A DNA stretch of 64,000 nucleotides from Alphaproteobacteria bacterium. Lineage in GTDB: Bacteria > Pseudomonadota > Alphaproteobacteria > CAAHEQ01 > UBA3637. Every line of letters begins with the position of its first letter. Within the stretch, counting starts at the first letter, position 1. This document shows positions 30,359-39,786 of this stretch, piece after piece. The stretch is taken from NCBI GenBank assembly GCA_017647405.1, contig JAGCKR010000063.1, positions 6,956-70,955 of the forward strand, given 5' to 3'. The translations under genes and the position numbers were made by a program. Below the pieces are notes generated by a model. The model worked only from the letters and a program-made list of their open reading frames with translations, was not told the DNA's origin and did no database searches.

Positions 30359-30943
30359 ATGACTAAAAAAGAAAAAAAAGCCGAACAAAAAGAAGAAGCT
30401 GTTTTAAAAAATGCTTCGGCCATTGTTGAAGAAGCTGAAATGCCTCAACAAGAAAATTCAGCTGAACAATTATTAGAAGAAATTCAAAAATGGAAAGATT
30501 TGGCTTTACGCTCTCAAGCCGAAATGGAAAATTTAAGAAAAAGAACACAAATTGATATCGAAAAGGCTCATAAATATGCCATTGTTTCTTTTGCTAAAGA
30601 ATTATTACCTGTTGATGATTGTTTAACCGGCGCTATTAACCATGCCAAAACAGGCATTGAAAAGTTAGAACAAGAAGGGAATGAAGAATGCGTCACATTC
30701 TTAAAAAATCTTCTTAAAGGCGTTGAGATGACTCAAAAACAACTTTCAACAGCTTTTGAACATAACACCATTCAAAAAATGCCTTCACTTGGAATTGTTT
30801 TTGATCCAAACATGCATAAAGTTATTCAAGAAATTGAAGATGACAGTAAAGAACCAGGGACCATTGTTCAAGAACTTCAATCAGGCTATACAATTGCAGG
30901 TGATCGCGTTTTAAGAGAAGCAATGGTTATTGTTTCAAAATAA
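30359..30943 (+). CDS. grpE: Nucleotide exchange factor GrpE
   Basis: The protein is 194 aa. It carries LRSQAEMENLRKRT, FDPNMHKVIQE and GYTIAGDRVLREAMVIVSK. Confidence 0.95.
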   Translation: MTKKEKKAEQKEEAVLKNASAIVEEAEMPQQENSAEQLLEEIQKWKDLALRSQAEMENLRKRTQIDIEKAHKYAIVSFAKELLPVDDCLTGAINHAKTGIEKLEQEGNEECVTFLKNLLKGVEMTQKQLSTAFEHNTIQKMPSLGIVFDPNMHKVIQEIEDDSKEPGTIVQELQSGYTIAGDRVLREAMVIVSK

Positions 30944-30957
30944 TTTTTTTTACCCCT

Positions 30958-30989
30958 AAAAAAGCATGCATTTTAATGTGTGCTTTTTT
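30958..30989 (+). terminator. Rho-independent terminator after grpE
   Basis: The stem is GCATGCA / TGTGTGC (7 bp including two G-U pairs), with a 6-nt loop and then TTTTTT. Confidence 0.55.
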
Positions 30990-31084
30990 GTTTTTTTTCC
31001 ATAAAAAACAAAGAAAAAACTTGCTTATTATAAAAAAATTCGTATACTTTTTTTGAAATGTGAAATTAATATGACGGAGGATCT

Positions 31085-33697
31085 ATGGCAGATATAACAG
31101 AAGAACAAAAAAAAGTTGTAGACGGTATTGTTGAAAATGTTAAAAAAGCACAAGCCATTTTTGCAACTTTTTCACAAGAACAAGTTGATGAAATTTTCAG
31201 AGCAGCATCTGTTGCAGCCTGTTCAGCTCGTATCCCGCTTGCCAAACAAGCAGTTGCCGAAACAGGAATGGGCATTGTTGAAGATAAAGTGATTAAAAAC
31301 CACTTTGCTGCTGAATATATTTACAACTCATATAAAAATGAAAAAACATGTGGTGTTATTTGTAAAGATGCCGAACATGGGTTCACAAGAATTGCAGAAC
31401 CTGTCGGTTTAATTGCAGGTATTGTTCCAACAACAAACCCAACATCAACAGCTATATTTAAAGCCCTCATTGCTTTAAAAACAAGAAATGGTATCATTTT
31501 CGCCCCACACCCACGTGCAAAAGGATGCACAAACGAAGCCGCTCGCATCGTTTTAGAAGCTGCTGTTAAAGCCGGCGCTCCAGAAGGCATCATTGGATGG
31601 CTTGATGAAATCACACCGGCAATTACCGGTTACTTGATGGGTCATAAGGATATTTCTCTTATCTTGGCAACAGGTGGTCCGGGTATGGTAAAAGCAGCAT
31701 ATAGCTCAGGAACACCGGCTATCGGTGTTGGCGCCGGAAACACACCGGTTATCATTGATGAAACAGCTGAAATCAAAATGGCTGTCAGCTCTGTTATTAT
31801 GAGTAAAACATTTGACAACGGTATGATTTGCGCGTCTGAACAAGCTATCGTTGCTCTTGAAAGTGTTTATGAAGATATCAAAGCTGAATTCATTAAACGC
31901 GGGTGCGTTTTTGTTTCAGAAAAAGATCGTAAAAAATTAAGAGATATCATTTTTGTTGATGGCAAATTAAATTCAGGAATCGTTGGTCAACCGGCTTATA
32001 AAATTGCTGAAATGGCCGGTATTAAAGTACCTGTTTCAACAAAAATTTTAATCGCTGAATCAGATAAAATTGAAGATTCAAACCCATTTGCCCATGAAAA
32101 ACTTTCACCGGTTTTAGGCTTCTTTAAAGCAAAAACATTTGAAGAAGCTGTTGAAAAAGCTCAAAAACTTATTGTCTTGGGAGGGGCTGGACATACATCT
32201 GTTTTATATACATCTGAAAAAAATAAAGACAGAATTGACCTTTTCTCTAAAACATTAACAACAGCCAGAACTCTTATCAATATGCCTGCTTCTCAAGGGG
32301 CTATCGGTGATCTTTATAACTTTAGATTAGCACCATCATTGACATTGGGTTGTGGTTCATGGGGCGGAAATGCCGTCAGCGAAAACATAGGAGTAAAACA
32401 TTTAATGAACGTTAAATCAGTTGCCGAACGTCGCGAAAATATGTTGTGGTTTAAAACACCTGAAAAAATTTATTTCAAACGCGGATGCCTTGATTTTGCT
32501 TTAGCAGAATTGCAAGGTCATAAAAAAGCATTTATTGTTACAGACAGTACGATGACAAAAATCGGCGTCACAGAACGTATTGCCGGTATTTTAGAAAAAA
32601 ATGGTATGGCCTATCAAGTTTTCGACCAGGTAAAACCGGATCCAGATTTATCCACAATTGATATTATTTTGGAACAGGTTCGCCGTTTTGAACCAGATGT
32701 TTTTGTTGCCGTCGGCGGTGGTTCTCCAATGGATGCAACCAAAATTGTTTGGCTCATGTATGAACATCCGGAACTCAAATTCTCCGATATCGCCATGCGC
32801 TTTATGGATATTCGTAAAAAAATCGTTGAATTCCCAAAAATGGGTCAAAAATCAAAAATGGTTGCCATTCCAACAACATCTGGAACCGGTTCTGAAGTAA
32901 CACCATTTACAGTTATCACAGACGATAAAACAAATCAAAAATATCCGATTACAGACTATGAAATCTTGCCAAATATGGCTATTGTTGATCCGGATTTAGC
33001 AATGAGCATGCCAAAAGGTTTAACTGCTTTTTCCGGCATTGACGTTTTGACACACGCCTTAGAAGCATATACTTCCATCTTTGCAAATAACTTGTCAGAT
33101 GGTCAAGCTTTAGAAGCCGCCAGATTGGTCTTCAAATATTTAGCCCGCTCATATCACAACGGTGCAGAAGATCCAAAAGCCAGAGAAAAAATGCATTATG
33201 CCGCTACATTAGCTGGTCAAGCATTTGCAAACTCTTTCTTAGGGTTGTGTCACTCAATGGCTCATAAATTGGGTGGGGAATTCCATGTTGCTCACGGGTT
33301 AGCAAATGCTCTTTTGTTACCTTATATTGTAAAATATAACGCAACAGATGCCCCAACAAAACAAGGCACATTCCCGCAATATAAATACCCATTTGTTAAA
33401 TCTCGTTATGCTAGATTTGCTGATATCTTAGGTTTAACAGAAGGAATTAAAGCCGGTGATGATGATGCCAAGGTTCAACGCTTAGTCGAAGCCATTCAAG
33501 CATTAAAAGCCGAAATCAATATTCCAATGTCTATTAAAGAAGCCAATGTTGATGAAAAAGCTTTCTTAGCTTGTATTGACACATTATCAGAAAAAGCTTT
33601 TGACGATCAATGCACAAGCTGTAATGCTCGTTATCCGCTCATTTCTGAAATCAAAGATTTATATTTAGATGCTTACTATGGTAAAAAACTTTATTAA
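31085..33697 (+). CDS. adhE: Bifunctional acetaldehyde-CoA/alcohol dehydrogenase AdhE
   Basis: The protein is 870 aa. The N-terminal ALDH domain has the catalytic Cys in NGMICASEQA. The C-terminal iron-ADH domain carries GGGSPMDATK and CHSMAHKLGGEFHVAHG. Confidence 0.95.
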   Translation: MADITEEQKKVVDGIVENVKKAQAIFATFSQEQVDEIFRAASVAACSARIPLAKQAVAETGMGIVEDKVIKNHFAAEYIYNSYKNEKTCGVICKDAEHGFTRIAEPVGLIAGIVPTTNPTSTAIFKALIALKTRNGIIFAPHPRAKGCTNEAARIVLEAAVKAGAPEGIIGWLDEITPAITGYLMGHKDISLILATGGPGMVKAAYSSGTPAIGVGAGNTPVIIDETAEIKMAVSSVIMSKTFDNGMICASEQAIVALESVYEDIKAEFIKRGCVFVSEKDRKKLRDIIFVDGKLNSGIVGQPAYKIAEMAGIKVPVSTKILIAESDKIEDSNPFAHEKLSPVLGFFKAKTFEEAVEKAQKLIVLGGAGHTSVLYTSEKNKDRIDLFSKTLTTARTLINMPASQGAIGDLYNFRLAPSLTLGCGSWGGNAVSENIGVKHLMNVKSVAERRENMLWFKTPEKIYFKRGCLDFALAELQGHKKAFIVTDSTMTKIGVTERIAGILEKNGMAYQVFDQVKPDPDLSTIDIILEQVRRFEPDVFVAVGGGSPMDATKIVWLMYEHPELKFSDIAMRFMDIRKKIVEFPKMGQKSKMVAIPTTSGTGSEVTPFTVITDDKTNQKYPITDYEILPNMAIVDPDLAMSMPKGLTAFSGIDVLTHALEAYTSIFANNLSDGQALEAARLVFKYLARSYHNGAEDPKAREKMHYAATLAGQAFANSFLGLCHSMAHKLGGEFHVAHGLANALLLPYIVKYNATDAPTKQGTFPQYKYPFVKSRYARFADILGLTEGIKAGDDDAKVQRLVEAIQALKAEINIPMSIKEANVDEKAFLACIDTLSEKAFDDQCTSCNARYPLISEIKDLYLDAYYGKKLY

Positions 33698-33718
33698 GCA
33701 ATAAATAAAATTTAATAT

Positions 33719-33746
33719 AAAAAGGCGGTCATCTGACCGCCTTTTT
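33719..33746. terminator. Bidirectional terminator (adhE / rsmE convergent)
   Basis: AAAAGGCGGTCA-tc-TGACCGCCTTTTTT, with a perfect 8-bp GC-rich stem. Confidence 0.85.
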
Positions 33747-33779
33747 TATTTCTTATTTTTAATATTATCAAATAAATCT

Positions 33780-34475
33780 TTAATAATTATAAACCCATGC
33801 ACCCAAAATCGCAATAGAGGCTGTTTCGGCTCGTAAAATCGTATCTCCTAAATGAATTGGCACAATATTTTTTTGAGCATTTATAAAACTTATTTCTCCC
33901 TCTGTAAAACCACCTTCCGGTCCAATAATAAACGCTGGATTTTTAATATCAGAAAGTACTATGGAACCAGAATTCCCTCTTTCAGTTAAAAAAACCGGAA
34001 TTGCTTGCGCTGGTAATTTTAAAAATAAATCTTTTAAAAGAATTGGTTCAAAAATTTGAGGAATATCCAATCGTTCACACTGCTCTGCTGCCTCTTCAAC
34101 AATTAAATTCGCTCTTTCAATATTAAATCCGCGCACAACAGTTCTCTCTGTTATTAACGGGTAAATCTTTGTAACACCTAACTCAGTGGCCTTCTCTAAA
34201 ACAAGAGTCATATTCTCTTTCTTGATAAGGGCCGGACATAAAATAACCTCAGGTCTTATTGTTTGATTTTTTGTTTGCTCCATAATTTCTAACAAACAAG
34301 TTTTTTTCTTTACATCCGTAAGACGCGCTTTAAATTCTCCATCTACCCCATTAAAAATCAAAAGTTCAGAACCTTCTTTTTGGCGCATCACATGAATTAA
34401 ATAATGTGCTTTTCTTTCATCCAAAGAAAGGATTCTTCCTGTGGATAACTTTTCTTTTATAAATAATCTAATCAT
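33780..34475 (-). CDS. rsmE: 16S rRNA (uracil1498-N3)-methyltransferase RsmE
   Basis: The protein is 231 aa. It has a PUA-like N-terminus (HYLIHVMRQKEGSEL), ERTVVR, and the SPOUT C-terminus IIGPEGGFTEGEI ... LGDTILRAETASI. Confidence 0.9.
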   Translation of the reverse strand: MIRLFIKEKLSTGRILSLDERKAHYLIHVMRQKEGSELLIFNGVDGEFKARLTDVKKKTCLLEIMEQTKNQTIRPEVILCPALIKKENMTLVLEKATELGVTKIYPLITERTVVRGFNIERANLIVEEAAEQCERLDIPQIFEPILLKDLFLKLPAQAIPVFLTERGNSGSIVLSDIKNPAFIIGPEGGFTEGEISFINAQKNIVPIHLGDTILRAETASIAILGAWVYNY

Positions 34476-36520
34476 CTTTTTTTCCTATGAGAAGAAAGGG
34501 GCAATCCCTCAATCCAAACAAGCGTCACGTCATCTTGGGGAGGTGGCGGTATCATTTTAAAGAAAAGCTGCATTAATTCAGAAACAGCTTCCCGACTATC
34601 TTTATATTCTAAAACAGTTTGTAATAAACTTAAAAGCCCTTCTGTTCCTAAACGAAGTCCATCGGCCGACATTTCCTCAGTCAATGCATCGCTATATAAA
34701 ATCAACTTATCTCCGGCACAAAAATCTATTTTATAATCATCATATTTAGCTTCCGGACTAATCCCTAACGGCAACCCTTGTGTTGAAAGCAATAAAATGC
34801 CATTTCGTGTTTTTAAAAAGGGAGCCGGAGAACCTGCGCCAGCATAAGAAAGTGTTTGAGCATTCGTATCAAAAATGCAAAAGAAAAATGTTGCATATTG
34901 CCCACGTGGCAATAATTGGCACAACTGCAAATTTAAAAGGCGCAAAAAGTCTGATGGATTTTTAACTTCATCTTTTAGCTGATGAACAAGCGCATGCAAT
35001 CTAAACGTATTTAATGCTGCTGAAAGACCATGACCTGAAAAATCACATAAAAATAAACCGAATTTTTTCTCAGATAACTCTATAATTTGCCAAAAATCAC
35101 CACCTAATCTATCAGATGGAGAAAAATATGAGGCAATATCAATATGGCATTTTTCTCTGATGTTTTCAATAACATCAACTGTTGGCAATAAAGAACGTTG
35201 CATTCCTTGAGAAATTTTCATCTCTTCATTTAATTGATCTAATTGTGTTGATAAATATTCAACCAATTTTTTATTTTCCAAATGCACACGCACACGCGTA
35301 AAAAATTCCAATGGATTAATCGGCTTTGTAATAAAATCAGCGGCACCAGCCTTAAATGTTCTGTCTCTTGCTTCGCGAGTGTCACTAGATGTTTGAATCA
35401 AAATTGGAATATTTTTAACTTCTGGAATTTGTTTCAAAGAAAGTAACACATCATATCCATCCATATTTTCCATGACAATATCCAAAATAATCAGGTCTGG
35501 ATGAAAAGAAATAGCTTTTTCAATACCATCTTCTCCCGTTGAGGCAATTTCTATTTTATGAACCCCAATTTGAGTTAAAAGTCCCGCCAATAAAGCTTGA
35601 TTACTTTTATTATCTTCAATAATCAAAACTTTTCCACTAGAAATATCTGTTTGAGTAACAAACTCAGGAACAGATGCTAAATTCTGAATAGATTGATTTT
35701 CCTTGTTTTCTTTTAAGAAAGAAAGAGTAATTTCCTTGCCATAATTATCAATGGTACAAGAATCAACGGCATGCGCAATAATCTGAAGACCACGACCGCT
35801 TTTTGATGATACATCACCAGAGCTTCTTTTTAAAATTTGCTCTAAAGAATACCCCACACCTTCATCTTTAATCTTAATCTCCAATCGGGTTTTATTCCAT
35901 ACCGAACAAATAGAGATTGCTTTTTGTGCAAAAGCCGGCGTATTCAACCTTCTGGCAATCAAATCCAAATATGAAACAAAACCAACAACATCCTGTCTCA
36001 TTGAACTTGAAAGTTGTAAATTCCCATGAAAAAGACCATTTACTAACGACTCATGCACCGCTAAGTGAATAGCTTGCTTCCTAGCATCAGAAAACTTTCT
36101 TCGTTGTTGTAATGCATTTGTAAAAACATGAGCCACATCATACCGATAAACCATCGGCCCGGTTAAAAGCAAACTCAAAGAGAAAGGGTGTTTCCATTTT
36201 TTTTGCTGTTCAACAAAATCAACTATACTTTTCTTTGTTGCATTCGCATCAATAATACAAGCAACAGGCAATTTTAAAATTTCACGCCCTCGTTCTTCAG
36301 AAACCTCCGGCGTCACAACAACATATAAAATCGGATGACCTTTTTTAAGAGGTGTAACTAAAAACGGATCTTTTTCATTTGGCCAAAGAGGAAGTTTAAC
36401 CCAAGATGAAATTTTCTTCATCTTTTCAAGACTCACACCCACGCCCGTTAAACATATTTCTGTCTCTCTCATAAGGTCAAGTATAATAAAACAATCAGAA
36501 AAAACAAGTTTTTTTATCAC
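34472..36520 (-). CDS. Multidomain signalling protein: unknown N-domain + RsbW/SpoIIAB-like HATPase kinase domain + receiver (REC) + PP2C/SpoIIE phosphatase
   Basis: The protein is 682 aa. The kinase-like region has an N-box (HESLVNGLFHGN), a G1 box (IKDEGVGY) and a G2 box (SGRGLQII). The REC domain carries VLIIEDN, DLIILDIVMENMDGYDVL and FITKP. The PP2C domain carries LGGDFWQI, CDFSGHGLSAAL and LILYSDALTE. A 4-nt overlap links it to rsmE. Confidence 0.75.
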   Translation of the reverse strand: MIKKLVFSDCFIILDLMRETEICLTGVGVSLEKMKKISSWVKLPLWPNEKDPFLVTPLKKGHPILYVVVTPEVSEERGREILKLPVACIIDANATKKSIVDFVEQQKKWKHPFSLSLLLTGPMVYRYDVAHVFTNALQQRRKFSDARKQAIHLAVHESLVNGLFHGNLQLSSSMRQDVVGFVSYLDLIARRLNTPAFAQKAISICSVWNKTRLEIKIKDEGVGYSLEQILKRSSGDVSSKSGRGLQIIAHAVDSCTIDNYGKEITLSFLKENKENQSIQNLASVPEFVTQTDISSGKVLIIEDNKSNQALLAGLLTQIGVHKIEIASTGEDGIEKAISFHPDLIILDIVMENMDGYDVLLSLKQIPEVKNIPILIQTSSDTREARDRTFKAGAADFITKPINPLEFFTRVRVHLENKKLVEYLSTQLDQLNEEMKISQGMQRSLLPTVDVIENIREKCHIDIASYFSPSDRLGGDFWQIIELSEKKFGLFLCDFSGHGLSAALNTFRLHALVHQLKDEVKNPSDFLRLLNLQLCQLLPRGQYATFFFCIFDTNAQTLSYAGAGSPAPFLKTRNGILLLSTQGLPLGISPEAKYDDYKIDFCAGDKLILYSDALTEEMSADGLRLGTEGLLSLLQTVLEYKDSREAVSELMQLFFKMIPPPPQDDVTLVWIEGLPLSSHRKKR

Positions 36521-36621
36521 TACATGAAAAAAACTTTGCTCTTTTTTTCTCTTTTTGTTATATTAAACCTATTAATCAACGCTTGTTTTTCTGAAAAACA
36601 AGATAACTGAAAGGATAGAAG

Positions 36622-38178
36622 ATGAAAAAAGTTAATCCCGTTATGATTTCAGGTAAAGAAGTTATCCCTTTGATTGAAGGGGGAAAAGGTATTGCTGTTT
36701 CAGACGGGCAATCTTCCGGTGCCTGGGCAAAAGCCGGCGCTGTCGGAACAATTTCAGGGGTGTTTGCTGATGAATATGATGAAAACGGCAAAATAATTCC
36801 TAAAGTTTACCAACACAAAACCAGACCAGAACGCCACCAAGAACTTATTGAAATGTCAATTAGAGGCGGAATTTCACAGGCAAAATTAGCGCATGAAATT
36901 GCTGGCGGAAATGGACGAATTCATATGAATGTCCTGTGGGAAATGGGGGGAAGTATCCCTATTTTGGAAGGCGTGATGAATTCTTGCGAACAAGTGATGC
37001 GAAACCTCGTTGAAAAAGCACCTGAAAAATATCAGGAAAAAATCACTGCTGTTGGAGAAAAAGTTCAAGAAACATTAGGTTCTCTTCGCTTTCAATATCA
37101 AAAACGAATGAATGAAGCTGTTCCGGTTGTAGATGGTATGTTGGATAAAGTTCATAATCTTGTTCATGGAATTACTTGTGGTGCCGGTATGCCATATAAA
37201 TTGGCAGAAATTGCCTCAAAATATGGTTTATATTATTACCCAATTGTTTCATCTGCCAGAGCATTCCGTGCCTTATGGCTTAGAAGCTATAAAAACTGCA
37301 TGGAATATTTAGGTGGCGTTGTTTATGAAGATCCATGGAGAGCTGGCGGACATAACGGTTTATCAAACTCTGAAAATCCTGAAATACCAGAAAGCCCGTA
37401 TCAAAGACTTGTTGATTTAAGAAAACAATTAAATGAATATGGATTACAACATGTTCCTCTCATTATGGCGGGGGGTGTCTGGAATTTAAAAGAATTTGAA
37501 GATTTGATTGATAATCCGGAAATCGGCCCCATCGCCTTCCAACTCGGAACACGCCCATTACTCACAAAAGAAAGCCCAGTTGCAAAAGCATGGCAAGGTT
37601 GCTTAAGAGCACTCAAAAAAGGAGATATCATCCTTCAAAGATTTTCTCCAACAGGTTTTTACTCTTCTGCAGTGAACAATAAATTTTTAAAAACACTGAT
37701 GGAAAGAAAAGATACTGAAATGCCATATATGGAAAAAGCAGAGGGCATTTTTGTAAAACCGTTTGTGTTAAATGCCGCTCTCACTGTTTATTTGACTGAA
37801 CATGATTTTAAGCGTGCAAATGAGTTCTTAAAAGGTTCACGTCCTGTTGTTGCCAGAACTCCGGATAACTCCATTATTTTCTTAACAAATGAAGAAAATG
37901 AACAAATCAAACAAGACAGAGCTAATTGTGTTGGCTGTTTGTCAGCTTGCGCTTTCTCTGGTTGGTCACAGGCTGATGGTCATTTAGATAGGTTGCCGGA
38001 TTCTCGTTCGTTTTGTATCAATAAAACATTGACTGCTATTGCTCATGGAGAAAGTATTGATAATAACTTGATGTTCTGTGGCCATAGTGGTTATCGATTC
38101 GGGGAAGACCCAATGTATAAAAATGGGAATATTCCAAGCGTTCAAGAATTGATTGATGCTTTACTTCAAGGAAAGTAA
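36622..38178 (+). CDS. FMN-dependent oxidoreductase of the nitronate monooxygenase (NMO/2-nitropropane dioxygenase/FabK-like) family, long form
   Basis: The protein is 518 aa. It carries PLIEGGKGIAVSDG, GITCGAGMPYK and IMAGGVWN, arranged as in NMO TIM barrels but with insertions and a Cys-rich C-terminal part (CVGCLSACAFSGW). Confidence 0.6.
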   Translation: MKKVNPVMISGKEVIPLIEGGKGIAVSDGQSSGAWAKAGAVGTISGVFADEYDENGKIIPKVYQHKTRPERHQELIEMSIRGGISQAKLAHEIAGGNGRIHMNVLWEMGGSIPILEGVMNSCEQVMRNLVEKAPEKYQEKITAVGEKVQETLGSLRFQYQKRMNEAVPVVDGMLDKVHNLVHGITCGAGMPYKLAEIASKYGLYYYPIVSSARAFRALWLRSYKNCMEYLGGVVYEDPWRAGGHNGLSNSENPEIPESPYQRLVDLRKQLNEYGLQHVPLIMAGGVWNLKEFEDLIDNPEIGPIAFQLGTRPLLTKESPVAKAWQGCLRALKKGDIILQRFSPTGFYSSAVNNKFLKTLMERKDTEMPYMEKAEGIFVKPFVLNAALTVYLTEHDFKRANEFLKGSRPVVARTPDNSIIFLTNEENEQIKQDRANCVGCLSACAFSGWSQADGHLDRLPDSRSFCINKTLTAIAHGESIDNNLMFCGHSGYRFGEDPMYKNGNIPSVQELIDALLQGK

Positions 38179-38200
38179 TTCTGAAAAATACTAGAATGAT

Positions 38201-38230
38201 AAAAAAGCGGATTTAAAAATCCGCTTTTTT
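38201..38230. terminator. Bidirectional terminator (NMO-like / GT11 convergent)
   Basis: AAAAAAGCGGATTT-aaaa-ATCCGCTTTTTT. Confidence 0.8.
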
Positions 38231-39647
38231 ATTTAACAGTCACAAACTCTTGCTTGTCCTTATCAAAATAATGCTTATCAACCTCAATTACAACGAAATT
38301 AGGCGCATTAACTTCTTTAATCCAATTAAGATTCCAACTAATATGTTTATCAGGCGCAATAATAATCTTATTTTTATTTTTGCTTAAAAAAGATCCCCAC
38401 CATGAAAAAGAAGAATTTGCATTAACAAAATGTTTGCATTCAGCCATTAATTGCAAATCTTCATAGTCTCTTTTTGTCCAATCAACATAAACGTGAGGTG
38501 CATCAATTTTGATATTTTCTTTAGCCCACTTCATATCATTCGAAAAAACATAAAAAACAGGATTTTTTACATTTCTCTTAATATAATCAATTGCTTTCGA
38601 ATAATAATCTTGCGTTAACAAAATATACCCTTGCTTGATATAATCACCTCGTCTAACATGAAGAGAAACGGCATTTTCATTTTTCATCTTATCCATTGTT
38701 TCTCGACTTTTATCCGAAACTTCATTTTTGAAAATCATATTTTCACGAATATAATCTTCATGCCCTATAAAATTTTTCCACGACTGTAAGTAACCTTTTA
38801 CCATAAAACAGTTACTATCGTAAGAAACATGATGTGAAGAAGCGCAAAACTTCAAGCCCAAAGCTCTCTTAACAAATTCCGGTAATTGATGGTAATGTCC
38901 TGTCGGTCTATTTGATGTTGCTTTTACAGGCAAATCTAAAAAATTATCTAGATACCAGTTATGCATCTTTAAGGGTTCTTTATTATTTGCACGTGCATGA
39001 ATAACTGCACTCCAATACATAAACAACTGATTTCCAAGTCCACCACGTGGGGGTCCAACTTCAACATATTTTTTAAAATCTACAAATCCATTCTTTTTTA
39101 AATAAGGCTCCAAATCATATTTTTCATCACTTAAATAAAAAGAGGAGTCATTCTTTTTTAAAAAAACCTCAACACCGTGCTTTAACCATCCTAAAACCGT
39201 TTTTTGATCATTTTCTTCTACAACAATAGCGCAATCATTTTTTGAACGACAAAGCATTTTTTTATCGATTGAACGATACATTCTGCTTTTCCATAACCGA
39301 TGGGTAACCCATGGTATCTCACTATCTATAGAAGAACATTTTTCATTCAAAACCCTTTTTAAGCGATTCTCATCAAACGATTTGGTTTCAATGTTCTTTT
39401 TAATAATTTCATTGTTATATAAACAAAGATGAGCATTTCCAATCTTTTCAATTTCTTCCGGAGAAAAAAACTTTTTCAAAAAAGTTTCTCGTCTTTCTTG
39501 TTCATTAAAAATGGTTTCTTCAAGACCCCAAAAATAATGCTCTGGAATCTGCTCTTCTAACGGCACTGTTTTTTCCTCAGAATACCTTGAAAAAAACAAA
39601 CAAAAAACTGTAAAAAAAAGAGTAAATATTTTCAAAACATCCCCCAT
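38229..39647 (-). CDS. Glycosyltransferase family 11 (alpha-1,2-fucosyltransferase-like) with ~190-aa N-terminal extension
   Basis: The protein is 472 aa with an N-terminal hydrophobic anchor or signal (IFTLFFTVFCLFF). GT11 motifs lie in the C-terminal 280 aa: GGLGNQLFMYWSA, HVRRGDYIKQG and NSSFSWWGSFL. Confidence 0.75.
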   Translation of the reverse strand: MGDVLKIFTLFFTVFCLFFSRYSEEKTVPLEEQIPEHYFWGLEETIFNEQERRETFLKKFFSPEEIEKIGNAHLCLYNNEIIKKNIETKSFDENRLKRVLNEKCSSIDSEIPWVTHRLWKSRMYRSIDKKMLCRSKNDCAIVVEENDQKTVLGWLKHGVEVFLKKNDSSFYLSDEKYDLEPYLKKNGFVDFKKYVEVGPPRGGLGNQLFMYWSAVIHARANNKEPLKMHNWYLDNFLDLPVKATSNRPTGHYHQLPEFVKRALGLKFCASSHHVSYDSNCFMVKGYLQSWKNFIGHEDYIRENMIFKNEVSDKSRETMDKMKNENAVSLHVRRGDYIKQGYILLTQDYYSKAIDYIKRNVKNPVFYVFSNDMKWAKENIKIDAPHVYVDWTKRDYEDLQLMAECKHFVNANSSFSWWGSFLSKNKNKIIIAPDKHISWNLNWIKEVNAPNFVVIEVDKHYFDKDKQEFVTVK

Positions 39648-39786
39648 CTTCTTTTTTAAGAAAGTTACATAAATTATAAAAAGATGTCAATGTTAAATAG
39701 AGAAATTTTTATACACACTTTTTATTTGCAATTTATTTTTCTTTTGATTAGAATGAAATAAACTATTTTTAGGGAAGGGATTTATC

